Assembly: GCA_028826165.1 (NCBI GenBank)
Contig: JAPDFW010000019.1
Span: 1-64,000 of the forward strand
Reading direction: 5' to 3'
DNA: 64,000 nt
Source of the DNA: Anaeramoeba ignava BMAN
Taxonomy: Eukaryota; Protista; Anaeramoebae
The translations under genes and the position numbers were made by a program. The first letter of the stretch is position 1, and the number at the start of each line of letters is the position of its first letter. Below, piece by piece: positions 13,555 to 24,130 of the stretch. Below the pieces are notes generated by a model that was not told where the DNA came from, did not search any database, and was given only the letters and a program-made list of their open reading frames with translations.

Positions 13555-15040
13555 ATGGAAACTTATTTAAATTTAGAAAAACTTTCAAATGATTTAAAAA
13601 ATTTATTTCAAAATCAAAATCAAAATGAAAAAGAAGAAGAAAGTTATTTTGATTTTGAAATAATTTGTGAACAAAATCAAATTTCATTTAAAACTCATAA
13701 ATCAATTCTTTCTTCAAGAAGTGAATATTTTAAATCTCTTTTCAATTCTAAAATGAAAGAATATCAAGAAAATAAATTAATTCTAAAAGATGTTTCAAGT
13801 TCAATTCTATTTCCAATTTTAAATTATTTTTATTCAGGAAAAATTGAAATTAATTTAGAAAATGCAATAGAAATTTTAATTTTTTCATCAAAATATTTAA
13901 TTGATGAATTAATTGAAATTTGTTCAAAATTTATCAAAAACAATTTCCAATTTGAAACTATTGTTGATATTCTTAAATTATCTGAATCAATGAACTTCAA
14001 ATCAATTACTGGATTTTGCTTATAAATTTATTTTAGATAATTTTGAAAAATTTATCAAAACTTCATTTTTTCTTGAACTTGAAGAAAATCATTTAAATTC
14101 AATTTTATCAAATGATTACATTCCAATAAATGAAATTGAAATTTTTCAATCATTAATAAAATGGGGAAAACATAAATCAAATATTAATCAAAAAAATCAA
14201 GAACTTGAAAAAGAAGAAAAAGAAAAAATCAAAAATCAAATTTCCAATATTATTAATAAAATAAGATTTATTGATTTCACAAAAAAAGAACTTAAAGATA
14301 CTTTGAAAGAAGATTTAATTCCAAATCAAATTTCACAAAAATTAATTCAATTCCAAAAACTTCAAAAGAATAAAGAAAAATTAAATCAATTTATTGAAAA
14401 AGAAAATCAAAATTCATTCATTTTCAAATCAAGATTTCATTTCTTAACCGAATCAACAATTATTGAAGAAAAAGAACATTTCAATCTTATAAAAGAATGG
14501 ATAAATGATAATGAATTTTTTTCTAAAATGAAATTAGGATTTTCAACAAAAAAAGAAGGATTTGATTGTAGAAAATGGCATTCCAAATGTGATGATAAAG
14601 GAAAAACATTAATTATTATCAAAACCAAAGATAATTACATTTTTGGAGGATTTACTTCAATTGGATATATAAGTGATAAATCACAATGGTCACACAATTA
14701 TGGAAACAATGGATACATTCCAGATCCAAATTCATTTATTTTTTCATTAAGAAATGATAAAAACGATAGAAAACCAGAGAAATTTCCTACTCAACCCTCT
14801 AAAACAAATTATGCAATTTATTATCATTTACCTTATGGTCCAAATTTTGGAGGAGTAAATGTTTATAAAAGTCATGATATTTGTTTTAATTCTACTTTGA
14901 AATCAGGTGATTCCAATTTTGGGAACACTTATAATCTTCCTAATGGTATTACTTATCAAACAAATGAATCTAAAAATTATTTAGCTGGTTCTTCAATATT
15001 TGATGTTGATGAACTTGAAACTTTTTTCATTTCAAATTAA
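13555..15040 (+). CDS. BTB/POZ-BACK-TLDc protein, copy 2 (one extra A near 14000 splits the ORF)
   Basis: ORFs 13555-14025 and 14303-15040 plus the intervening sequence are colinear with copy 3; the only break is ttcaaatcaa versus ttcaatcaa. Confidence 0.88.
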
Positions 15041-15261
15041 ATTAATTTAAAATTATTTTTCCATTTTTTTTTCGAATTTGATTTATTTTCTTTTACTTTC
15101 AATTAAATAAAATTCTTCAAAATAATAAATTAGAAAAAAAACCAAATTATCACAAAATTCAAATAATTTCAAAAATATGATTAAATAATTATTTAATCCA
15201 AAAACAATGATAATATACAAAAATAAAAATTTGAAATAGAAATTAATAATAATCAAATTTA

Positions 15262-15910
15262 AAATATTAATAAAATATATAAAATAGAATTAATTCTAAA
15301 TTTAATTATTTAATATTTTTAATTTTATTTTTGAAATAAATTAATTAAAATATTTTAATAATTTTATTTAATTTTTTAGAATAATTTTATATTATTTTAA
15401 ATAAAGAAAATTAATAAAATATATAAAATAGAATTAATTTTTAATTTAATTATTTAATATTCTTAATTTTATTTTTGAAATAAATTAATTAAAATATTTT
15501 AATAAATTTTATTTAATTTTTAGAATAATTTTATATTATTTTGAATAAATGGAATATTAATAAAATATATAAAATAGAATTAATTTTTAATTTAAATATT
15601 TAATATTCTTAATTTTATTTTTGAAATAAATTAATTAAAATATTTTAATAATTTTATTTAATTTTTTAGAATAATTTTATATTATTTTAAATAAATGGAA
15701 TATTAATAAAATATATAAAATAAAATTAATTTTTAATTTAATTATTTAATATTCTTAATTTCATTTTTGAAATAAATTAATTAAAATATTTTAATAATTT
15801 TATTTAATTATTTAGAATAATTTTATATTATTTTAAATAAAGAAAAGTTAATAAAATATATAAAATAAAATTAGTTCTTAATTTAATTATTTAATATTCT
15901 TGATTTTATT
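15262..15910. repeat. Second array of the same ~145-bp satellite, about 4.5 copies
   Basis: Same unit as 11985-13510, ending at the same position relative to the next BTB-TLDc start codon. Confidence 0.9.
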
Positions 15911-15955
15911 TTTTATTTTTTTTTCATTTTTTTCTTTTCCAAATTTTTATTTAAA

Positions 15956-17380
15956 ATGAAAACTTATTCAAATTTAGAAAAACTTTCAAATGATTTAAAA
16001 AATTTATTTCAAAATCAAAATCAAAATGAAAAAGAAGAAGAAAGTTATTTTGATTTTGAAATAATTTGTGAACAAAATAAAATTTCATTTAAAACTCATA
16101 AATCAATTCTTTCTTCAAGAAGTTATTATTTTAAATCTCTTTTCAATTCTAAAATGAAAGAATATCAAGAAAATAAATTAATTCTAAAAGATGTTTCAAG
16201 TTCAATTCTATTTCCAATTTTAAATTATTTTTATTCAGGAAAAATTGAAATTAATTTAGAAAATGCAATAGAAATTTTAATTTTTTCATCAAAATATTTA
16301 ATTGATGAATTAATTGAAATTTGTTCAAATTTTATCAAAAACAATTTCCAATTTGAAACTATTGTTGATATTCTTAAATTATCTGAATCAATGGACTTCA
16401 ATCAATTATTGGATTTTGCTTATAAATTTATTTTAGAAAATTTTGAAAAATTTATCAAAACTTCATTTTTTCTTGAACTTGAAGAAAATCATTTAAATTC
16501 AATTTTATTAAATGATTTTATTCCAACAAATGAAATTGAAATTTTTCAATCATTAATAAAATGGGGAAAACATAAATCAAATATTAATCAAGAAAAAGAA
16601 GAAAAAGAAAAAATCAAAAATCAAATTTCCAATATTATTCATAAAATAAGATTTATTGATTTCACAAAAAAAGAACTTGAAAATACTTTGAAAGAAGATT
16701 TAATTCCAAATCAAATTTCACAAAAATTAATTCAATTCCAAAAATTTCAAGAAGAAAATGAAAAAGAATTAAATCAATTTATTGAAAAAGAAAACTTATC
16801 AATTTTCAAATCAAGAATTCATTTTAAATCAACAATTATTGAAGAAAAAGAACATTTCAATCTTATAAAAGAATGGATAAATGATAATGAATTTTTTTCC
16901 AAAATGAAATTAGGATTTTCAACAAAAAAAGAAGGATTTGATTGTAAAAAATGGCATTCCAAATGTGATGATAAAGGAAAAACATTAATTATTATCAAAA
17001 CCAAAGATAATTTTATTTTTGGAGGATTTACTTCAGTTGGATTTAAAAAAGATAAAAGATGGATTTATGATTCAAATTCATTTATTTTTTCATTAAGAAA
17101 TGATAAAAACGATAGAAAACCAGAGAAATTTACAATTAAAAAAGGGAAAGAAGATCATGCAATTTATTCACTTTTATCTAATGGCCCAAATTTTGGAGGA
17201 GTAAATGTTTATAAAAGTTCAGATATTTTCTTTAGCTATGATTTAAAACGTGGTTATTCTAAGTTTGGACGTACTTATAACTTGCCTAATGGAATTGAAC
17301 AAGGCTCAAATCAAGCCAAATTTTATTTAGCTGGTTCTTCAATATTTGATGTTGATGAACTTGAAACTTTTTTCATTTAA
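15956..17380 (+). CDS. BTB/POZ-BACK-TLDc protein, copy 3 (intact, 474 aa)
   Basis: Full ORF with BTB, BACK and TLDc motifs (FIFGGFTS, SFIFSL, GPNFGG, DVDELETFF). Confidence 0.93.
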   Translation: MKTYSNLEKLSNDLKNLFQNQNQNEKEEESYFDFEIICEQNKISFKTHKSILSSRSYYFKSLFNSKMKEYQENKLILKDVSSSILFPILNYFYSGKIEINLENAIEILIFSSKYLIDELIEICSNFIKNNFQFETIVDILKLSESMDFNQLLDFAYKFILENFEKFIKTSFFLELEENHLNSILLNDFIPTNEIEIFQSLIKWGKHKSNINQEKEEKEKIKNQISNIIHKIRFIDFTKKELENTLKEDLIPNQISQKLIQFQKFQEENEKELNQFIEKENLSIFKSRIHFKSTIIEEKEHFNLIKEWINDNEFFSKMKLGFSTKKEGFDCKKWHSKCDDKGKTLIIIKTKDNFIFGGFTSVGFKKDKRWIYDSNSFIFSLRNDKNDRKPEKFTIKKGKEDHAIYSLLSNGPNFGGVNVYKSSDIFFSYDLKRGYSKFGRTYNLPNGIEQGSNQAKFYLAGSSIFDVDELETFFI

Positions 17381-17466
17381 AAAATTTCAAAAATAAAAAT
17401 CAAAAATAATTTTCGAAATTTTTTTCAATTTCATTTTTCTTTTTGAAAAAAAATTACTGAAATAAA

Positions 17467-18576
17467 ATGGTCGATGAAATAGTTCCAGTTGTAATTCAAA
17501 ACGGTTCAAATACAATCAAAGCAGGATTTGCAGGAGATGATACACCAAACGTAGTTTTCCCATCAATAATTGGAAAACCACGAAATTCAATAGAAAAAAC
17601 GGAAAAAGAATGTTATTTTGGAGAAGAAGCAAAATCCAAAAGAGGAATATTAATGATCAAATATATGATTGAAAACGGAATGATTGTGAATTTTGATGAT
17701 ATGGAAAAAATATGGCATCATACTTTTTATAATGAATTAAGAATTAATCCTGAAGAACATCCACTTTTATTAACTGAATCACCATTGAATCCAAGAGCAA
17801 ATCGAGAGAAAATCACTCAAATCATGTTTGAAACATTCAAAACGCCAGCGTTTTATCTTGAGAATACTTCAGTTCTCTCGCTTTATGCTTCAGGAAGAAA
17901 AACAGGAGTTGTTATTGATTGGAATGATAATATGTATGGAGTTCATCCTGTTTATGAAGGATCTGTTTTGAATCATTCTATTCTTCACTATTTTGTTTCT
18001 GCAAATGATATCACTTTTTATTTAATAAAAATGCTCAATGAAAAAGGTTATTCCTTTCAAACATCTGCTGAATTCGAAATTGTTAAAGATATTCAAGAAA
18101 AATGTTGTTATGTTTCTTTGGATTTTGATAAAGAACTTGATTTGGATGAAAAAATGATCCAAAAAAATTATGAATTACCTAACGGTCAAGTTATCTCAAT
18201 TGGAAATGAAAGGTTTCGTGCTCCTGAAGTGATTTTCAAGCCTTCTTTAATTGGAATGGAACAAGCAAGTGTTTCTGAAACACTTTATAATACAATTCTC
18301 AAATGTGATCACGATATCAGAAAAGAACTTTATGCAAACATTGTTTTATCTGGAGAAAATTCTTTTTTTCCTGGAATTTCGCAAAGATTCGCAAAAGAAA
18401 TTTCTGAGTTTGTTCCTTCTGTTATAAATGTGAACGTGATTTCTCCTGAAAATCAAAATTCAGTTTGGATTGGTGGATCAATTTTTGCTTCTCTTTCTGG
18501 TTTTGTCAATTTATGCATTTCTAAAGATGATTATGAAGATTTTGGACCTTCTCTTATTCACAGAAAATGTTTTTGA
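17467..18576 (+). CDS. Divergent actin / actin-related protein, intronless, 369 aa
   Basis: KAGFAGDDTP, DDMEKIWHHTFYNELR, PEEHPLLLTESPLNP, REKITQIMFETF, ISIGNERFRAPE, SVWIGGSI, IHRKCF; nucleotide-binding loops are altered. Confidence 0.93.
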   Translation: MVDEIVPVVIQNGSNTIKAGFAGDDTPNVVFPSIIGKPRNSIEKTEKECYFGEEAKSKRGILMIKYMIENGMIVNFDDMEKIWHHTFYNELRINPEEHPLLLTESPLNPRANREKITQIMFETFKTPAFYLENTSVLSLYASGRKTGVVIDWNDNMYGVHPVYEGSVLNHSILHYFVSANDITFYLIKMLNEKGYSFQTSAEFEIVKDIQEKCCYVSLDFDKELDLDEKMIQKNYELPNGQVISIGNERFRAPEVIFKPSLIGMEQASVSETLYNTILKCDHDIRKELYANIVLSGENSFFPGISQRFAKEISEFVPSVINVNVISPENQNSVWIGGSIFASLSGFVNLCISKDDYEDFGPSLIHRKCF

Positions 18577-18681
18577 AACTTTTCTCAATAAAGCAATTTC
18601 TTTCCAAAACAAAAAAGTGGAATAAAAAATTTTTTCATTTTTTTTTTTCATTTTTTTTTTCATTTTTTTTTTCCTTTTTTC

Positions 18682-21469
18682 ATGGATTTATTATTTAATT
18701 TTGATATTGATCATCATCAAATACCAATTCCAAACAAAATTCAAATACCATTTTTAAAATATATGGAAGAAAATGTAAATAAATTAAAGGAAAAAATTTT
18801 CTCAAAAAACAAAAAATATTTCATAAATTTTTTTTCAATAAATACAATAGACTACAACAAGATTACCCATAGAAATTCGATTATTGATAAATAAATTAAA
18901 AGATTTAAAAAGCCCAAAAGATCGATTTAAATTTTCTTCAAAAGGAATTTTTAGAAGAAAAAGAATTCTTATTGAAAATTATATTTTTTCTGAAATTCCT
19001 TTAAAAAAACCACTTATTAGCACACATCAAAAATTACCAAAATTTAATATTACAGCTTTATCAATAAATCGAAGTATTTTATCAAATGAAATTTAGAATT
19101 CAATTTCAATTTCAATTTCAATTTCAATTTCAATTTCAATTTCAATTTCAATTTCAATTTCATTTCAGATTTCAATTTAAAATTCAATTTAAAATTCAAT
19201 TTAGAATTCAATTTAAAATTCAAATTAGAATTAAATTTAGAATTAAATTTCAATTTCAATTTCAATTTCAATTTCAATTTCAATTTAGAATTCAATTTAG
19301 AATTCAATTTCAATTTAGAATTCAATTTAGAATTCAATTTAAAATTCAATTTAAAATTCAATTTAAAATTCAATTTAGAATTCAATTTAGAATTCAATTT
19401 AGAATTCAATTTCAATTTAGAATTCAATTTAGAATTCAATTTAGAATTAAAATTCAATTTAAAATTAAATTTAGAATTCAATTTCAATTTCAATTTAGAA
19501 TTCAATTTAAAATTTAATTTCAATTTCAATTTCAATTTCAATTTCAATTTCAATTTCAATTTAGAATTCAATTTCAAATTCAATTTAGAATTCAATTTAG
19601 AATTCAATTTCAATTTCAAATTCAATTTCAAATTCAATTTAGAATTCAATTTCAATTTAGAATTCAATTTAGAATTCAATTTCAATTTAGAATTCAATTT
19701 AGAATTCAATTTAGAATTAAAATTCAATTTAGAATTAAATTTAGAATTAATATTCAATTTCAATTTCAATTTAGAATTCAATTTAGAATTCAATTTAGAA
19801 TTTAAATTCAATTTAGAATTTAATTTCAATTTCAATTTCAAATTCAATTTCAATTTAGAATTCAATTTCAATTTAGAATTCAATTTAGAATTAATATTCA
19901 ATTTAGAATTAAATTTAGAATTCAATTTCAATTTAGAATTCAATTTCAATTTAGAATTCAATTTAAAATTAAAATCAAAATTCAATTTCAATTTAGAATT
20001 AATATTCAATTTAGAATTAAATTTAGAATTCAAATTTAAAATTAAAATTAAAATTAAAATTAAAATTAAAATTAAAATTAAAATTAAAATTAAAATTAAA
20101 ATTAAAATTAAAATGAAAATGAAAATGAAAATGAAAATTTTATTTATAAATGAATTATAGAAATTATGATGTATATGAATGATTATAAATCTGGTTCACC
20201 CAAAAAAGATAATTCAAAATTAAATTTAGCAACTCAAATACTTCAAACAGCAAAAACAACACCAGAATTAAGAGATGAAATTTTTTTACAATTAATAAAA
20301 CAAACAACAGGACATCCAATTGAAGAAAATTGTATAAAAGGATGGGAATTAATGGCTTTATGTTGTCAAACTTTCCCACCAACTCGAGATATTGAAGAAA
20401 TTCTTCTTGAATTTTTACTTTCAAATCAAAAAAATCAAAATCAAAAAATTTCTAATTTTTCAAGATTAGCTTTCCATAAAGTTTGTTTAATTTCTCAATC
20501 AAGTTCTTTACCTCCAATTATTCGAGATGAAATCATTCACATTTCTGAAGCTCCTTATCGTTTTCATCTTTTTGGAGCTTCTATTGAAGAATTACTTTTA
20601 CATGAAAATGAAAATTCAAATCAAAATTCAAATCAAAATTCAAATCAAAATTCAAATCAAAATTTAAATCAAAATTCAAATCAAAATTCAAATCAAAATT
20701 CAAATCAAAATTTAAATCAAAATTCAAATCAAAATTTAAATCAAAATTTAAATCAAAATTCAAATCAAAATTCAAATCAAAATTTAAATCAAAATTCAAA
20801 TCAAAATTTAAATCAACCCAAAATTCCTTTTGTTCTTAAATTCTTAACAGAAAAGATTAGAAATTCAAGTAAAAATATTTTCTTTTTAATTAAAATTTTT
20901 TATATTTTTAAACTATTTTTCTTTTAATTTTCTTTCAAAAATAGATATGGAAACTGGAATTTTTAGGTATAAATTTCTTTATAATCAATAATTTTTTTTT
21001 AAAATTCAATCCAAAAAAATCAATTTAAAAATATAGAATTCCACCTGAAAATATTATTTTTGGAGAAGCACAATTTTTAATTGATTCTGAAAATTATGAA
21101 AAATTTGAACAGAAAAATTATAGTGTTCATATTTTTGCCAGTTTACTTAAAAAATGGATTAGAGATTTAGATCCTTTTCTTACAGAACAAATTGAAGAAG
21201 AATTGATAAATTCCAAAAATACATTTGAAGATTATTTTCAAATCATTTCAAATAATTTAACTAAACCAATTTTTGATTCTTTTAGTTTTTTAATGACTTT
21301 TCTTAAATGGTTTTTATCTTTTCAAAAAGAAACTAAAATGGATAAGAAAGCTTTATCACTTATTTTTATTAGTTCTTTTTTTGAACAACTTAATGAACAT
21401 AGAGAAGATATTCTTGAAAGAAGAACTCAAATTTTCTCAATTTTACTTGAAAATTGGAAACAAAATTAA
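18682..21469 (+). CDS. MyTH4-RhoGAP protein (ARHGAP39-like architecture); 5 exons
   Basis: Introns 18775-18850, 19074-20160, 20869-20944, 20967-21036. MyTH4 PELRDEIFLQLIKQT...KGWELMALCCQTFPP; RhoGAP LFGASIEE, KIPFVL, GIFRIP (Arg finger across a splice junction), ASLLKKWIRDL, TKMDKKALSLIF. Confidence 0.85.
19088..20140. repeat. Intronic hexamer/12-mer array (CAATTT, TAGAATTCAATT, AAAATT)
   Basis: Fills intron 19074-20160. Confidence 0.9.
20604..20816 (+). repeat. Coding 12-bp repeat giving an (NQNS/NQNL)n insertion at the start of the RhoGAP domain
   Basis: AATCAAAATTCA units in frame between LFGASIEELLLHE and PKIPFVL. Confidence 0.85.
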
Positions 21470-21602
21470 AAATACAATTTAATAAAAATACAAATTAATA
21501 AAAAAGTGGAATAAAAATTATTTTATTTTTAAATTAAAAATACAATTTAATAAAAATACAATTTAATAAAAAAGTGGAATAAAAATTATTTTATTTTTAA
21601 AT
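21468..21602. repeat. Direct tandem duplication (~69 bp x2) of the RhoGAP 3' flank
   Basis: aaaaatacaatttaataaaaataca...aaaaagtggaataaaaattattttatttttaaatt occurs twice. Confidence 0.8.
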
Positions 21603-21800
21603 TTTGCTTTTTAATTTTTCATTTTTCATTTTAAAAAATTTATTTCTTTTCCTTTTTATTAAAAAACTAAAATTTGTAAAAATACAATTCTTTTAAAAAA
21701 AAAAAGCACTTGTTCATCCATGTTTAAAGTTTATTTTAAAACAAAAATAATTTAAAAACAAACAAATTCATTTTTTTTTTTTAAATTTTGAATTTTTAAT
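21603..21800 (+). pseudogene. Degenerate tandem copy of the promoter, exon 1 and intron 1 of the adjacent LIM gene
   Basis: tatttcttttcctttttattaaaa...gcacttgttcatcca-tgtttaaagtttattttaaaacaaaa...acaaacaaattcattt mirrors 21838-22010 but lacks the ATG and has deletions. Confidence 0.65.
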
Positions 21801-21862
21801 TTTTCATTTTTCATTTTTAGAAAAAAATTCTTGATTTATATTTCTTTTCCTTTTTTATTAAA

Positions 21863-23994
21863 ATGTCAGCGACTATTTGTCAAATTTGTCAAAAACCAAT
21901 TCTTTCACAAAAAATGATGGCTAAAGGAGCACTTGTTCATCCAGAATGTTTAAAGTTTATTTTTAAAACAAAAAAAATAATTTAAAAAAAAAAACAAACA
22001 AATTCATTTATTTTTTTATTTTATTAGATGTTGTGAATGTAACGAATCTCTTTCTCCAGTTTCAGCTCAATTATATGAAAATAAATTTTATTGTAGAACT
22101 CATCTTCCTAAAAAACCAAATTCAGAAAGTACAAATTCAACTCAATAATCTAAACCAATTTAATAACGAATTTAATTCAATATTTAATTCAATTCAATTC
22201 AATATTCAATCCAATATTCAATTCAATTTAATATTCAATTTAATTCAATTAATATTAATATTTTATTCAATTTCAATATTCAATATTCAATATTCAATTC
22301 AATATTTAATTCAATTCAATATTTAATTCAATATTCAATATTCAATTCAATATTCAATTTAATATTCAATTTAATATTTATTTATTTAATATTTAATATT
22401 CAATATTTAATATTCAATATTTAATATTTAATATTTCAAATATTCAATATTTTCAATATTTTACCAATATTCATTTTCAATTTAATTTAAATATTCAATA
22501 TTCAATATTCAATATTTATTTTTTATTTATTTAATATTCAATATTCAATTTAATATTCAATTTAATATTTAATATTTAATTCAATATTTAATTCAATATT
22601 CAATTTAATATTCAATTCAATATTTCAATATTTAATATTTTAATTCAATATTCAATATTCCAATTCAATATTCAATTTAATTCAATTCAATTCAATTCAA
22701 TATTTAATTCAATTCATATTCAATTCAATATTCAATTATTCAATTCAATTCAATATTTAATATTCAATTCAATATTTAATTCAATTCAATATTCAATTCA
22801 ATATTCAATTCAATTCAATTTTAATATTCAAATTTATTCAATATTTAATTCAATATTTAATTCAATATTCAATATTTAATATTCAATTCAATATTCAATT
22901 CAATTCAATATTCAATTTAATATTCAATTTAATATTCAATTCAATATTTAATTCAATATTCAATTCAATATTCAATTCAATATTCAATTCAATATTTAAT
23001 TTAATATTCAATATTTAATATTTAATTTATTATTAAATTTATTTTAAAAATTAATTTAAAAATTATTTTTTTTCCTTCTCGTTTAGAAACTGCAAATAAA
23101 CCTAAAAAAGTCTTCTCTTTTCGTAAATCCCCAATAAATCAAATTAATCAAGAACCCAAAATCGAAAAAAATTCAATTAATGAAGAACAAAAAAAGAAAA
23201 AACAAGAACAATTTAAAAAAAAACAAGAAATGCAAAAACAAAGAGAAATTCAAAAAAAAAAAGAACTTGAAAAACAAAAAACTCAACAAGAAAATCAAAG
23301 AAAAAAAAGTATTCAAGATTTCAAAAAAGAAAATCAAGAACTTGAAGAAAAAAAAAAACAACTTCAAAAAAAACTTGAAAATCTTAAAAAAAATCAAAAT
23401 CAAAATCAAAATCAAAATCAAAATCAAAATCAAAATGAAGATGAAAATTTATTAAAAAAAATCCAAAAGAAAAAACATAAAATTTCCGAATTGAAAAAAG
23501 AAAATCAAAAATTAGCTTCTCAAGAAGAACAAATTAAAAATGAACTTGAAAAATTAGTCAATTTACAAAATTCTCTTAAAGAATCAATTACTCAATCATC
23601 TCAAAATCAAGCTCAAGTTATAAATAATGAAAACGATCCAATAAAACAAGAAAATTCGCAAATTTCTCAAGAAATCAAAGATTTAAATCAAAAAATTGAA
23701 AAATTGAAAAATGAACAAAAAGAAAACGAATCAAAATTTCAAAAGAAAATTAAAAAACTTCAAAATGAAAAAAAATCAAATCAAATCCAAATCCAAATCC
23801 AAAAATCAACTCTTAATGGAATTGATGATCTTCTTGAAGAAGAAAATCAATTTCTTGTTCAACAGAATAATGATTATGAACATGAAATTGCAAGTTTATC
23901 ACAAAAATTGGTTCAATTATCAGGAAAAGTACTTGATCTTGATTCTTTGTATAAGAAATATTATGAGATTAGTGATTCAAGTGATACTGATTAA
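21863..23994 (+). CDS. N-terminal LIM domain + coiled-coil protein; 3 exons
   Basis: Exons 21863-21954, 22028-22128, 23087-23994 give MSATICQICQKP...VHPECLKCCECNESL...FYCRTH (complete LIM Cys/His pattern) followed by a K/E/Q-rich coiled coil. Confidence 0.88.
22165..23030. repeat. Intronic ATTCA/ATATTCA/ATATTTA mixed microsatellite
   Basis: Fills intron 22129-23086. Confidence 0.88.
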
Positions 23995-24130
23995 AGAAAG
24001 AAAGAAAGAAATTAATTCAATTCCAAAATTTTTAAAAAAAAAACAAAAATAAATTCAAAAAATTTTCCCTAAAAGAAAAAAAATTTTTTATTTTAATTTT
24101 CAATTTAATTTAATTTTTAATTTTTAATTT

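Noticed and set aside
13555-15040. Pseudogene status for BTB-TLDc copies 1 and 2, Sec24 and the phosphotransferase
   Set aside because: Breaks are single-base indels in homopolymers, typical of long-read error; cannot be called without polishing
5519-17380. Diversity-generating retroelement behind the TLDc variation
   Set aside because: No reverse transcriptase or template repeat in the window, and the differences include indels and are not adenine-specific
19050-20033. 327-aa and 143-aa KLNS/FQFQ ORFs
   Set aside because: Stop-free frames of an intronic hexamer array
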